IMG/VR virus record: IMGVR_UViG_3300036444_000041
Coordinates: 1 to 36,417 of that record
Direction: 5' to 3' (one strand)
Origin: a virus
Lineage: Duplodnaviria > Caudoviricetes
DNA length: 36,417 bases
In this document: one piece after another, positions 1 through 9,819 of the stretch
Numbering within the stretch: the stretch's first letter is position 1
Layout: every line of letters begins with the position of its first letter
Program-made: the position numbers and the translations under genes
Notes under the pieces: generated by a model
Told to the model about the DNA's origin: nothing
What the model saw: only the letters and a program-made list of their open reading frames with translations
Databases searched by the model: none

Positions 1-1956
1 GACATCGACGAGGAGAGCCTCAGTCGACTGAGTGAGGGCGAGCTGCAGGAGTTGCTGCAAGCTCATGAAACCCTCTATCGCGCCCAGTGTCGAGACAGCA
101 TCGGAAGCTATGTCCGCTCGATAGAGCTTCCCGGTGCGCCGCCGGCTCTGTCGGATGCCGACAAGGCTCGCCTCGCCGAGCGCAAAGTTCGCCTCGATCT
201 CACCGTCAAGGATGATCGTGAAGACGAAGGCTTCGACGATGCCGACGACGAGCATCTCTATGGCCACAAGGTCGACGTTGCCGAGCATCACGAGCTGATC
301 CTCGAGGCGATTGTCGGAACCGTTGAGGAGCGCCCTATCGAGGGGCCGCTCGCGAACGGAATGGACGGCGAGATCGCTGACGGCGTGATGATCTTCTGTC
401 CGCCGGGCGCCGCAAAGTCGACATACGCCTCCGTCGCCGCTCCGTCCTACCTGCTCGGGAAATATTCTAACTTCGACATCATCGGCGCGTCGTATGCGAG
501 CGAGCTGGCGAAGCGCTTCGGCCGCCGTGTCCGGCATCTCTGCAAGGACCCCGGCTTCGCGCAGACCTTCGAGACGTCCATCAATGAGGACAATCAGGCG
601 GTCGACCAGTGGTCGCTGAAGAACAGCTCGAGCTATCGCGCCGTGGGCATCATGGGCGGCGTCACGGGCTTCCGCGCGAACGTGCTCATCATCGACGACC
701 CCGTCGCCGGCCGCGAGGAAGCCGACAGCGACATCATCCGCGAGAAGACGTGGCAGGCCTACAAAGACGACTTGTCAACCCGACTGAAGCCGAACGGCAA
801 GGTCGTGCTCATTCAGACGCGCTGGCATGAAGATGATCTCGCCGGCCGCCTCCTCGGTGAGACCTGGGAGGGGAAGTCGGGACTGTGGCGCGGAACCGAT
901 GGCAGGCTGTGGCTCGTGCTCTGCCTCCCCATGGTGTCGATCCACGATGACGACCCTCTGGGACGCGAAAAAGGTGAGATTCTATGGGCTCGACAGGAGG
1001 ATGGCACTGGCTGGTTTACCAAGAAACACGTTGAGCAGGCGAAGGCTCTCGGCGAGCGCACGTGGGGCGCTCTCTATCAGCAGAAGCCATCCGCATCAGA
1101 CGGCAACATCATTCTCCGTAAGTATTGGCGTTGCTGGCCGCACGGGAAGTCGGAGATCGCCAAGGATGCCGCCGACCCGACGAAGGACATCATCGAGACC
1201 GGCGCCTATCGAGACGTGCAGCCTCCTCGCGATCTGCAGCACGTGTTCCTCTGCTACGACACGGCCTTCGAGGATGACGAGGAGAGCGATTACTCGGCGA
1301 TGACGGCCTGGGGCACATTCGAGCGCACCATCAAGGGGCGCAAGGGCGAGGAGGCGAAGCAGCTCAACATCGTGATGCTCGGTGCGTGGCGAGCGAAGAT
1401 TGACGCCGTCGATCTGATCGACGTCATCAAGCAGCACGTGGACCTGTTCAAGCCCGACATCGTGTGCATCGAAAAGCGCGCATCAGGAATCCAGCTTGTG
1501 CAGGAGATGCGGCGCCGACGCTTCAAACACACCTATGGGAACGTTCAGGTCGAAGCATGGTTACCTCCAGGACCGCCGGGCGCAAAAGGAAAGCGACCTC
1601 GCGCATTCCAAACGGCGACGGTGATGGCCGAAGGGTCCGTCTGGTTTATGCCGGGACCGACGACGCTCGCCGTGCTGAAGGAGTGCTCAGCATTTCCGAA
1701 CAGCACCTATAAGGACTGGGTCGATACGGTTACGATGGCGGTGTTGCGCGCACGCAATGGTTTCCAGCTCGCGATCCCGCGCGACGAGCTAGACGAAGAA
1801 GAGGAGGCAGAGCGCGAGGCTGAAGAGCTGAAGCGCAGAAACGCACCCCGCAAACTTTACGGTTCTGTGGGCGGTTATGCTCAAACTGGGAGGTCGGCGA
1901 CGAATGCTTCAAAGCCAGCTCACGGTGTTGCCCGAAGACTATACGGGAGATTGTGA
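1..1956 (+). CDS. terL: Terminase large subunit (5' end runs off the window)
   Basis: Frame is open from base 1. Walker A-like CPPGAAKST, Walker B VLIIDDP, QTRWHEDD motif, and C-terminal RNase H-like nuclease motifs YDTA...DYSA, IEKRASG, DWVDTVT. Lies upstream of the portal. Confidence 0.95.
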   Translation, partial: DIDEESLSRLSEGELQELLQAHETLYRAQCRDSIGSYVRSIELPGAPPALSDADKARLAERKVRLDLTVKDDREDEGFDDADDEHLYGHKVDVAEHHELILEAIVGTVEERPIEGPLANGMDGEIADGVMIFCPPGAAKSTYASVAAPSYLLGKYSNFDIIGASYASELAKRFGRRVRHLCKDPGFAQTFETSINEDNQAVDQWSLKNSSSYRAVGIMGGVTGFRANVLIIDDPVAGREEADSDIIREKTWQAYKDDLSTRLKPNGKVVLIQTRWHEDDLAGRLLGETWEGKSGLWRGTDGRLWLVLCLPMVSIHDDDPLGREKGEILWARQEDGTGWFTKKHVEQAKALGERTWGALYQQKPSASDGNIILRKYWRCWPHGKSEIAKDAADPTKDIIETGAYRDVQPPRDLQHVFLCYDTAFEDDEESDYSAMTAWGTFERTIKGRKGEEAKQLNIVMLGAWRAKIDAVDLIDVIKQHVDLFKPDIVCIEKRASGIQLVQEMRRRRFKHTYGNVQVEAWLPPGPPGAKGKRPRAFQTATVMAEGSVWFMPGPTTLAVLKECSAFPNSTYKDWVDTVTMAVLRARNGFQLAIPRDELDEEEEAEREAEELKRRNAPRKLYGSVGGYAQTGRSATNASKPAHGVARRLYGRL

Positions 1957-1981
1957 CGCAGCCCTTCGCCGGGGATGTGGT

Positions 1982-1999
1982 TGTCTGTTTTTAATTGAC
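1982..1999 (+). promoter_or_regulatory. 18-bp operator/promoter-like motif TGTCTGTTTTTAATTGAC
   Basis: Intergenic. Identical copy on the minus strand at 35035-35052 and 1-mismatch copy at 17144-17161. Ends in TTGAC (-35-like). Confidence 0.55.
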
Positions 2000-2055
2000 G
2001 CCACATTTTCGTTCGTTAACGTGCGACCAGTATTTGTAAAAGGTTAGCGGGGGCA

Positions 2056-2370
2056 GTGATCGTGCATAAAATCGAGCTGTGGCAACTCACAGATATTCGG
2101 CTGTCGACACACGACGACGGCACGATTTGTCTGCTTTCCTGCGTAGGGGATGAGCAAGTAGCTACGGTGGCAGTGCTCAATACGCTGTCGTGCTTGCTAG
2201 GCGTTGAAAAATCTGACGTTTCTGATGTTGACTGCGGGCAGAAGATTTTTCAGAGCCCTGCCCTAATCGGTGCAATTCGTGACATTTTCGAGCAGGTCCT
2301 ACGCGAGGAGCAGATTGCTCGCGAAAGTGTACTTTGTGACCAGAACGCACCTGCAAAAGCGGTAGCCTAA
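2056..2370 (+). CDS. Hypothetical protein
   Basis: 104-aa ORF filling the gap after terL, GTG start with purine-rich upstream sequence. No recognised motif. Confidence 0.55.
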   Translation: MIVHKIELWQLTDIRLSTHDDGTICLLSCVGDEQVATVAVLNTLSCLLGVEKSDVSDVDCGQKIFQSPALIGAIRDIFEQVLREEQIARESVLCDQNAPAKAVA

Positions 2371-2398
2371 ACCCTCGAATTTTCGGGTTGAACGAATA

Positions 2399-2423
2399 TC
2401 GCGTCTGTTTACAACAGACGCGA
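2399..2423. repeat. Perfect 11-bp inverted repeat TCGCGTCTGTT-TAC-AACAGACGCGA
   Basis: Read directly from the sequence. Intergenic if the next gene starts at 2481. Arms contain the GTCTGTT half-site of the 18-bp motif. Confidence 0.8.
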
Positions 2424-2480
2424 GGCCGATCTGTTCAGTGTCCGGCGCTCTCGATTTCCACAAAAGAGAGGGATTGGACG

Positions 2481-3068
2481 ATGTACGGGGGTATCAAGCC
2501 GTCAACTGTGCTTGGTCACGACGAGTTCGCTCGACATGACGCAAGCCAGACTTGGGACGACGCCGGCATTCATGCGGAGTTGGCGGCTGATCTGTTGCGT
2601 TCGAGTGAGGATGCGATCACCGAGGCCGTGACTGCCTTGCGCGACAAGCACAACGCGCTCGAGCAGGAGCTGTCTGCCACGCTACACAGTTACGCCGCGC
2701 ATCAGGTGCGCGATGCGGTCGTCGACTACCTCGGCCAGAGCGAGTTTTACCTCGTGCTGCATGAGGGAGAAATTCACATCATGATCGACGGCTCGAATGA
2801 TCTGGCTGCATTCCAGCCGCTCGTGAAGCTCGATCAGCTCCTGATGCGCGCCAAGACGCAGGCGACGCAGCAGGGCGACATGGACTTCCTCAGCCGCATG
2901 GCTGACCTCACGTCGGCCCTCCCGAACATTCAGCAGAAACTCGCCGAGACGCCGACGCCGATGCCGATCCACGCGAAGCGCGCCTCGCGTGTCCCTGGTC
3001 CGCCTCCTCGCGCTCCCGGTCGCATTCCGGCGAAGGGTGGGGGTGCTCGTGCAGCGGCAGCGCGGTAA
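2481..3068 (+). CDS. Hypothetical protein (helical, basic Pro-rich tail)
   Basis: ATG at 2481 with GAGAGGGA SD, in frame with ORF 2388..3068. Phage-like codon usage. Confidence 0.7.
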   Translation: MYGGIKPSTVLGHDEFARHDASQTWDDAGIHAELAADLLRSSEDAITEAVTALRDKHNALEQELSATLHSYAAHQVRDAVVDYLGQSEFYLVLHEGEIHIMIDGSNDLAAFQPLVKLDQLLMRAKTQATQQGDMDFLSRMADLTSALPNIQQKLAETPTPMPIHAKRASRVPGPPPRAPGRIPAKGGGARAAAAR

Positions 3069-3117
3069 AGCGAAACGCTCGAAAGCCAAGAAAGTCGCGC
3101 CGCGTCCTCCCGAGGAT

Positions 3118-3405
3118 ATGTGGCGCGACGACGGGCTTCTCAGTCTCGCGACAATGCATGCGGCATGCCTTTCTGAGCAGCTCGACGCAGCTTCGCACAT
3201 GCCTGAAATCATGAATGCATCGGTGGGGGCGGCCCTGCTGGCCAACTCCGTGTTTCTCCATGCGCTCGGCTGCGATGATCCTGACTGCAAGGAGTGCTCC
3301 GTGCACTTCCGCAATGTCGATTATCGAAAGCTCGCCCACAAGGTGCTCGACATGCATCTCGACCGAGCCGCCATCATCAATCTCGAAGCCGAAGGTCACG
3401 CCTGA
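3118..3405 (+). CDS. Hypothetical protein with CDDPDCKEC motif
   Basis: ATG at 3118 after GAGG (start uncertain). TGATG coupling to the next ORF. Confidence 0.55.
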   Translation: MWRDDGLLSLATMHAACLSEQLDAASHMPEIMNASVGAALLANSVFLHALGCDDPDCKECSVHFRNVDYRKLAHKVLDMHLDRAAIINLEAEGHA

Positions 3406-3566
3406 TGGTTACCGACTATCTCATCTCGAAGATCGACAAGCAGATCGACAAGTCGCGCACGAATTCCGTCCTCTTCGACAAGACGGACATTCAAGCGCTC
3501 CTCGATGAGGTGAAGCGCAACCGCCTCAAAGACCGAATGGCCAACATGAAGAAGAGGCCGCAGTGA
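3405..3566 (+). CDS. Small hypothetical protein (MVTDYLISK...)
   Basis: TGATG overlap at the start and GTGA overlap at the end. Confidence 0.6.
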   Translation: MVTDYLISKIDKQIDKSRTNSVLFDKTDIQALLDEVKRNRLKDRMANMKKRPQ

Positions 3567-3868
3567 GCGACAATCCTCGCATTTTCCTCGGGGCCAATCG
3601 GCCGCCGAGTGACTGGGTCGACCATAAGACGGATGCCGGTGCTTCGGCGCTATACGGCGCCATGGTGGGGCTCGAGAGCCGCGAGTTCGATGGCAACATG
3701 GCCCTGACGGGAATGACGCTCGACAAGTCCCTCGAGCTGTTTCTGCAGGATGTGGCGGCGCAGGCTGGCATCGAGGCTGCATCCATTTACGCGAGCAGGC
3801 TCATTCAGGGTCTCGAGCGTTTTGTGATCCACAACACTGGCATGAAGACCACTAAAACCAAGAGCTAG
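3563..3868 (+). CDS. Hypothetical protein
   Basis: GTGA coupling with the upstream ORF, GAGG SD, 101 aa. Confidence 0.65.
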   Translation: MSDNPRIFLGANRPPSDWVDHKTDAGASALYGAMVGLESREFDGNMALTGMTLDKSLELFLQDVAAQAGIEAASIYASRLIQGLERFVIHNTGMKTTKTKS

Positions 3869-3901
3869 CGCCCTCGGGCGAATATAGGTAGGTGAACACA
3901 T

Positions 3902-3949
3902 CAAGGTTGTTCCCCCGGTTGTTGTTTCAGACCTGGAGAGACGACCTTG
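3902..3949 (+). promoter_or_regulatory. Hairpin sequestering the portal RBS and TTG start
   Basis: CAAGGTTGTT (3902-3911) pairs with GACGACCTTG (3940-3949) using G-U pairs, and the stem continues through GGAG. Confidence 0.55.
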
Positions 3950-6667
3950 CCGCGCATCCGCTCGCAATCCGTGCCCATGGACTATGACGACTCGTTGAGC
4001 GACGAGGAAGTCTACGAGGGCATGTCGCAGGACGATCTCACCGTCCGCTTCGACAATCCGGATCATCAAGCTCTCGCGTCCACATTCGAGATGGGCGAGG
4101 ACGGCGAGGTCTTCGAGTCGAGCAACGACGACACGCCCTTTGAGAGCGGCGGCGTCGAAAACATCAATCATCAGCAGAACCTCGCCGAAGTGATGAGCGA
4201 GGATTTCCTCGCAACCCTCGGCGACGACATCGTTGAGCGTGTCGAGCGCGACATCACCGAACGCGAACCGTGGCGCCGTCGTTTCGAGCGCGGCCTCGAG
4301 CTGATGGGCCTCGTGCAGTCCGACATCGATGACGGTGCGTTTCCGGGCGCGTCCGACGTCGTCCATCCGCTTCTCGTCGAAGCTGTGACGCACATCTGGG
4401 CGCGCACGCTCGGCGAGCTGTTCCCCGCAGAGGGTCCAGCAAAGTCGAAGGTGCTCGGCGATCAGCGTCAGGACCGCATCGAACGCGGCGAGCGCGTCGC
4501 CGAATACATGAACTATGAGCTGATGGTCGAGGATGAGGACTACATCAACGAGACGTCGCGTCTCTTGTGGTCCGTTCCGCTCCACGGGTGCGCGTTCCGC
4601 AAGACGTTCCGCGATCCGGTGCTCGACCGCAACATCGGCATCTTCGTTCCCGCTGAGGACCTCATCGTCCCGGCCGAGGCGACGGGCCTCAAGACGGCAA
4701 AGCGCTTCACGCACCGTATGCGGAAGTCGCCGAACGACATCCGGCACATGCAGATCGTCGGGTACTATCGCGACATCGAGATCAGCGCGCCGACCGTCGA
4801 GGAGGCGGATGAAATCCGTGACCTCAAAAACGAGGCTGTCGACGTTCAGCCCGATGGCGATGATGAGGACGTCGAGCACGAGATTTTCGAGACGTGCACG
4901 AACCTCAGTCTGCCGGGATACGAGCACACTGACGCGGAGGGGAATCCGACAGGCCTCGAGCTGCCCTATATCGTCAGTGTGGACCGTCACTCCCGACAGG
5001 TGCTCTCGATCTATGCCGGCTGGAAGCAGGGCGACGCTCGCTTCCGCCGCAAACTCTATTTCACGAAGTACAGCTTCGTGCCGGGCTTCGGCTTCTACGA
5101 CTTCGGCCTCTTGCATCTGATCGGCGGCCTGCAGGCTGCGGCGACGGGTGCGCTCCGCGTGCTGCTCGACAGCGCGGCGACAGCGTCCCTTTCCGGCGGC
5201 TTCATGTCGAAGAACGCCAATCTGAAGGGCGAGACCATGGTCGTCTCGCCGGGCGAGTGGCGGCCGGTCGACGCGACGAGCGAGGACCTGCAGAAGGCAT
5301 TTTTCCCGATCCCCGTGAAGGAGCCGTCTCCGGCTCTGTTCCAGCTTCTCGGCCTGCTCATCGAAGGCGCGCAACGCTTCACGGCCACAACCGACATTCA
5401 GACCGGCGGCTCTGACGGCAAGAACGTTGCTGTCGGCACGATCACGCAGCTCCTCGAGCGCGGCGAGAAGGTCATGTCGACCATCCATCGCCTGCATCAC
5501 GGATCGGTCGCCGACGAGCTGCGGCTGCGCTTCGAGCTGTGCTCCGACTACGCCCCTGAAGACGGCTATCCCTACGATGTGGCTGGCGAAGAGCGCTCGG
5601 TTTACGCTGAGGACTTCCAGCCGGGTATCGACATCATCCCGGTGTCAGACCCCAACATCTTCTCATCGAGCCAGCGCGTCGCCATTGCGCAGGCCGTCTA
5701 TGAGGTGTCGGCCGCGAACCCCGACGTCGTGCCGCGCAAGGTCGCCATCAAACGTCTCTTCAAGGCCATGCGGGCGCCCGACGTTGACGAGCTGGTGCCC
5801 GAGGATGCGCCGCCGCAGCCGTATGATCCGGCCGGCGAAATCCAGGCCATCCTTCTCGGCAAGCCGGTTGCCGTGCTCCCCGAGCAGCATCACGAGAGCC
5901 ATCTCAAGGTGCTTTGGGCGTTCATGTCAAACCCGGAGTTTGGCGGCAATCCGCAGGTGCAGGCTCAGGTCGGGCCGGCGGCTATCGCGCTCATCGGACA
6001 GCATCTCGCATTCCAGTGGGCGACGGCAGCGCGCGGCATGGGCGCGCCGGTCGAGTACATGGACCCGCAGTCGGGTCAGATGCAGCCGCCGCAGGTGCCG
6101 CCGGAGCAGATCGCAATGATGCTCGCTCAGATCGCGCCGAACCTCGCGACCGTACCGGGCCTCCCGTCCATCGAGGGCGGCGAAGGTGGCGACGACAAGC
6201 AGGCTGATCTCGAGATCAAGCGCGAGGAGCTGCAGCTCAAGAAGGAAGGTCAAGATCAGGAGCTGGCTCACGACCGCGAGAAGCATCAGCAAGAAATGGC
6301 GATGAGGACCGAGGAGCATGAATTCAAAAAGCAGGAGCTTCAGGCGAAGACCGAGCTGAAAATTCAGGAAGGTCAGATGAAGACCCAGGTCGCCCAGGCC
6401 CAGGCTCAGCAGGACATGGCCCTGCAGGCTCAGCAAGCCGAGCAGCAAGCTCGAATGAATGAGCAGCAGATGGTGGTCGACCAACAGAACATGCAGACGC
6501 AGCAGGCGATGGATCAGCAGCGCATGGCTCACGAAAGCGAGCAGATGCAGCGCGAGGGCGCGCTCCGTGAGCAGGAGAGTGCGCAGGATATGCAACACAA
6601 AGAACAGCAGCATCAGCACGATCAGCAAGTCGGCGCACGCCAAGATCGCAACAGTCACTTGAGGTAG
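3947..6667 (+). CDS. Portal protein (P22-like, long Gln-rich C-terminal coiled coil)
   Basis: 906 aa. Motifs typical of this podovirus portal family (VHPLLVEAV, ELFPAEGP, PGFGFYDFGLLHLIGG, PVSDPNIFS). Located after terL. Confidence 0.92.
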   Translation: MPRIRSQSVPMDYDDSLSDEEVYEGMSQDDLTVRFDNPDHQALASTFEMGEDGEVFESSNDDTPFESGGVENINHQQNLAEVMSEDFLATLGDDIVERVERDITEREPWRRRFERGLELMGLVQSDIDDGAFPGASDVVHPLLVEAVTHIWARTLGELFPAEGPAKSKVLGDQRQDRIERGERVAEYMNYELMVEDEDYINETSRLLWSVPLHGCAFRKTFRDPVLDRNIGIFVPAEDLIVPAEATGLKTAKRFTHRMRKSPNDIRHMQIVGYYRDIEISAPTVEEADEIRDLKNEAVDVQPDGDDEDVEHEIFETCTNLSLPGYEHTDAEGNPTGLELPYIVSVDRHSRQVLSIYAGWKQGDARFRRKLYFTKYSFVPGFGFYDFGLLHLIGGLQAAATGALRVLLDSAATASLSGGFMSKNANLKGETMVVSPGEWRPVDATSEDLQKAFFPIPVKEPSPALFQLLGLLIEGAQRFTATTDIQTGGSDGKNVAVGTITQLLERGEKVMSTIHRLHHGSVADELRLRFELCSDYAPEDGYPYDVAGEERSVYAEDFQPGIDIIPVSDPNIFSSSQRVAIAQAVYEVSAANPDVVPRKVAIKRLFKAMRAPDVDELVPEDAPPQPYDPAGEIQAILLGKPVAVLPEQHHESHLKVLWAFMSNPEFGGNPQVQAQVGPAAIALIGQHLAFQWATAARGMGAPVEYMDPQSGQMQPPQVPPEQIAMMLAQIAPNLATVPGLPSIEGGEGGDDKQADLEIKREELQLKKEGQDQELAHDREKHQQEMAMRTEEHEFKKQELQAKTELKIQEGQMKTQVAQAQAQQDMALQAQQAEQQARMNEQQMVVDQQNMQTQQAMDQQRMAHESEQMQREGALREQESAQDMQHKEQQHQHDQQVGARQDRNSHLR

Positions 6668-6671
6668 GTCA

Positions 6672-8369
6672 ATGTCACCTTTCGAAAGCGTTCCGCAGAC
6701 ACCCGCCCCCGCTCCGGCCCCGGCCGAAGACCCCGGCTGGTTCGGAGGTGAGAGCGCCAGCTCGCAGCTTCAGAAGGCCGCGATGATCGCGCTCGGCCTC
6801 GGCGCGGCCGGTCCGGTGATGAAGGGTATCAGCAAGCTCTCGAGCCCGTTCTCGAAGGTCGCGGCGGGCGGCGCGCTCGGTGCAGGTGCCGGTGCATTGA
6901 TGATGCCGGAGGAAGCTGCCGCCGATCCGGCTGCCGCGAGCGATCCCGACGTCATGATGTTCCAGCAGCTTCAGGGTGACCTCCAGTCCACTCGCGAGAA
7001 GCTCGATCAGCAGACGAACGGCGTGAAGGACCCGACGTCCGGCAAGTGGGTCGTGCGTCCCGGCAAGGGGCCGGACTATGATGACCTCAAGGCGCGCGAG
7101 GGGTCGCTTGACGCACAGCTTCAGGAGATCAGCGCTCGCATCTCAAGCAAGAGCCAATTCCAGCAGGATGAGGCGAAAGCGCAGCGGCTCGCCGATCACC
7201 AGTCAGAAACGAACGCGTGGCGCTTCGGTGGCCTCGGGGCGGGCGCTGCCGGCGGTGCGACGCTCTCGGGTCTCGCTGCGATTCTGTCGCGTGGCCGAGC
7301 CGGAAAGTTTTCGAACGTCGCTGGCAAGATCGGCGAGACGATGAAAACCGTCCCTGAGGGCGAGATGGTCGCCGGCACGAAGGCCGGTGACGAGCTGATG
7401 GGCTTGGTCGACGAGGCGCATACGCTGCGCGGTCAGGCCGCGCCGTTCTCGAAGATCGACGAAGCGCCGAAGTCGGGCATGCTCAGCAAAGCCGAGCCGC
7501 GCTTCAAGCCGGAGACGTCGAAGAGCCAGGGCATGGGCGACACCTTTGAGAAGCCGATGACGTTCGGCGCGGCCGAGTGGGCACTCCCCGGCGCTGGTCT
7601 CGCCGACTTCGCCGGCATGCAGGCGATGAAGCTCACGACCGACGATGAGGATCAGCAGAAGCTTTATGACGATGCTGGGCAGGCCGGGCTCGGTTTTGCA
7701 GCGGGCTCGAAACTCGGTCGCCTCTTGACGAAGCAGGCGACGCCCTGGGCGGCTGCGAGCCAGCTCAAGGGCGGTGAGGCCGCTGCGGTGAAGACCGCCC
7801 GCTCACGGGCCGTCCGCGACACGCAGAACGCTGGTCCGAATTTCCAGAGCAAGGCTCCCGCTGGGTCGGCCGCGCCGACGCCCGCCGTGGCCAATAAGGC
7901 GCCCAACAAGCAGAGCAAGGCTGACCGGATCAGGCTCCTGCAGGATGGTCGCGTCGCGCGCGGCGCGCACAATCAGGCGCTTAGCGATGAGAAGGTCGCT
8001 CAGCGCATCTCAGCGCTCGCAGGAGAGGGCAAGACGGCTCGGCAGGCCAAGGCAGCCATTAAGGCCGAGCTGGGCGTGGAGGTGCCCTTCAGGACGTTTG
8101 ATCGGCATTATCGCCGGGCCGGCGCGGCAGTGAGCAAGAGCGCGCGGGAGGCGAGCGAGCTGTCCATTGCGCGGGCGGTCGCTGAGCAGGGCCAGCGCGG
8201 AGGGTTCGAGATCAGCAAGCTCGCCGGAAATACGTCGTCAGCGGGCTACCGGAGCGCCATCCAGTCGGCCTTGGGTGCCCTGAAGCAGAATCCTGAGTTC
8301 GCGAAGATGTCTGACCAGGACCTCGTGAAGGTCATTCGCCGGACAGCGCGGCAGCTCTCGCGTCAGTAA
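6672..8369 (+). CDS. Ala/Gly-rich hypothetical protein, possibly virion-associated
   Basis: 565 aa directly after the portal with GAGGT SD. Gly/Ala hydrophobic segments and a basic C-terminus. Confidence 0.7.
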   Translation: MSPFESVPQTPAPAPAPAEDPGWFGGESASSQLQKAAMIALGLGAAGPVMKGISKLSSPFSKVAAGGALGAGAGALMMPEEAAADPAAASDPDVMMFQQLQGDLQSTREKLDQQTNGVKDPTSGKWVVRPGKGPDYDDLKAREGSLDAQLQEISARISSKSQFQQDEAKAQRLADHQSETNAWRFGGLGAGAAGGATLSGLAAILSRGRAGKFSNVAGKIGETMKTVPEGEMVAGTKAGDELMGLVDEAHTLRGQAAPFSKIDEAPKSGMLSKAEPRFKPETSKSQGMGDTFEKPMTFGAAEWALPGAGLADFAGMQAMKLTTDDEDQQKLYDDAGQAGLGFAAGSKLGRLLTKQATPWAAASQLKGGEAAAVKTARSRAVRDTQNAGPNFQSKAPAGSAAPTPAVANKAPNKQSKADRIRLLQDGRVARGAHNQALSDEKVAQRISALAGEGKTARQAKAAIKAELGVEVPFRTFDRHYRRAGAAVSKSAREASELSIARAVAEQGQRGGFEISKLAGNTSSAGYRSAIQSALGALKQNPEFAKMSDQDLVKVIRRTARQLSRQ

Positions 8370-8674
8370 GAGAGCCAGATTGTGAGCGGGATGACGAACA
8401 TCAGAGCGAAGCAACCGGCGGTGACGCAGCCGACGATGCGATTCCAGCGTGCATCGGTGAAGGCGCGGCGGATGTTGTCGCGGTAGTCCATCGCGCCGGT
8501 GAAATCGAGTTCTGACATGGCTCGAGCGTAGTTCGCCAGCTCCGCACCCTGCGGCCCCGCGCCCCAGCGTTCGGCTGAGCGCGCGAGCTTTGCGGTCTCG
8601 CTCATGAGCGTGCGCTGAAAGTCGCGCTCGAGCACGGAATCCTGGAAGCGGTCGGGCAATTTTTGATCCATCAA
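8363..8674 (-). CDS. Small membrane protein (C-terminal TM helix)
   Basis: Hydrophobic C-terminus IVGCVTAGCFALMFVIPLTIWLSY. Coupled to the upstream minus-strand ORF. Confidence 0.65.
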   Translation of the reverse strand: MMDQKLPDRFQDSVLERDFQRTLMSETAKLARSAERWGAGPQGAELANYARAMSELDFTGAMDYRDNIRRAFTDARWNRIVGCVTAGCFALMFVIPLTIWLSY

Positions 8675-8976
8675 GCGGCCTTTGGCACCTCAGCCCACAT
8701 AAACCCATTCCAGCGAACGTGACGACGGGCGTCCGAGCCCGCATTCAACACGAGGTAGCGGTTAGGGCCAAGCGATGTCACGCGTTCCCATGCATCTTCG
8801 ATTGCGGCCCGAGGAGTGTCCCCATCCCCGCTCACCATCGTCAGCACACCATCCCCGCCGATCTCGATAGAGCCAAGTGTGACGTACCAGCTTCCCGGCT
8901 TGCGCATGAAGACGGCGCAATCACTGCTTAGCGGCGACAGGCTTTTGAGCGCGGCGAATTTCTGTTCCCAGTCCAT
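8671..8976 (-). CDS. Hypothetical protein
   Basis: ATG with GGGA SD, part of a tightly packed leftward operon. Confidence 0.7.
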   Translation of the reverse strand: MDWEQKFAALKSLSPLSSDCAVFMRKPGSWYVTLGSIEIGGDGVLTMVSGDGDTPRAAIEDAWERVTSLGPNRYLVLNAGSDARRHVRWNGFMWAEVPKAA

Positions 8977-8982
8977 GATTCC

Positions 8983-9174
8983 CTACTTCGCCTTCGGCTT
9001 GCCGAATGATTCGACAAACTTCCCCGTGTCATCGAACAGCTCGACGGTGTCGTAGCCGTGTACAGTGAGTTGGTTGCGCGCGTGCTGCTTCGCTTTTTCG
9101 ACAGTATCAGCACGCCACGGCGCGCTCATGGGCTTGCGCCCCTCTTTCGAGAAAATCAACCTGAAGATCGGCAT
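8983..9174 (-). CDS. Hypothetical protein (MPIFRLIFS...)
   Basis: ATG at 9174 preceded by TAAAGGAAAC, which is the upstream stop plus SD. Confidence 0.65.
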   Translation of the reverse strand: MPIFRLIFSKEGRKPMSAPWRADTVEKAKQHARNQLTVHGYDTVELFDDTGKFVESFGKPKAK

Positions 9175-9188
9175 GACGGGGGTTTCCT

Positions 9189-9416
9189 TTACTCTCGGCC
9201 GCTGTACTGAAATTCGCACGCGGCGGCTATTTTCGGCTGAAGCGCGGACCCGTCCTTTAGGACGCGGCCGAAGTGGTTCGTGACGTACCATCCGCCATCA
9301 GGCTTGCGGTTCGCCGTGTACCACTTCGGAATGCGGATGCTGTTCCGCTCCGGGGTCACTTGATAGTACCCCATGCCGAAACGCTCGATTTTAAATCCGC
9401 GATACGGGTTCTTCAT
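9189..9416 (-). CDS. Hypothetical protein (MKNPYRGF...)
   Basis: ATG at 9416 with GAGG SD, packed between neighbours. Confidence 0.65.
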   Translation of the reverse strand: MKNPYRGFKIERFGMGYYQVTPERNSIRIPKWYTANRKPDGGWYVTNHFGRVLKDGSALQPKIAAACEFQYSGRE

Positions 9417-9427
9417 GATCCCGGGCC

Positions 9428-9574
9428 TCACTTTGAGTTTTCGAGCGCAATCATCCGCGCGTCATAGCCACAGTCGTTGCACTCCCAACCCGTATCAAGC
9501 GACCCACGGCATCGCGGACACTTGTCTTTGGACACCATTTCCTTCTCGTAACTCGTCGTAGGCTGGTCGATCAT
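9428..9574 (-). CDS. Small zinc-ribbon protein
   Basis: CPRC...CNDC (two CxxC). ATG at 9574 after GAGGA. Confidence 0.65.
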   Translation of the reverse strand: MIDQPTTSYEKEMVSKDKCPRCRGSLDTGWECNDCGYDARMIALENSK

Positions 9575-9582
9575 TGCATTCC

Positions 9583-9792
9583 TCACTGAACGTTTAGCCC
9601 GTACTTGGCGGCCCACTTGCGAAGGCCGTCGCTTGAGCGGCCCGTTACTCCGACTGGAGCCGCCTCAGCGAATTCGAGAACAAGTAGCGGCTTCCACTGC
9701 CCCTTAGGGGTCGCCGTCTTGACCATCCGCGCAGCCACTGGGGCTGTGTTGCTGACGATCTTGGCAGCTATGTTCTGCGGAAGGGTCTGCAT
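9583..9792 (-). CDS. Hypothetical protein, first gene of the leftward operon
   Basis: GGAG SD, immediately downstream of the leftward sigma70-like promoter. Confidence 0.65.
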   Translation of the reverse strand: MQTLPQNIAAKIVSNTAPVAARMVKTATPKGQWKPLLVLEFAEAAPVGVTGRSSDGLRKWAAKYGLNVQ

Positions 9793-9819
9793 TGTCCGTC
9801 TCCGTTGTTCGATAAACCC

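Noticed and set aside
120-380. Extra acidic segment in TerL as a possible intein or intron
   Set aside because: Short, in frame, and lacking intein splice motifs or an endonuclease; more likely a variable loop.
3650-5500. 616-aa minus-strand ORF (likewise 16097-16996, 21045-22076, 25777-27681, 30024-31130)
   Set aside because: Antisense shadows of well-supported + strand genes in GC-rich DNA, with Arg/Leu-rich composition and no motifs.
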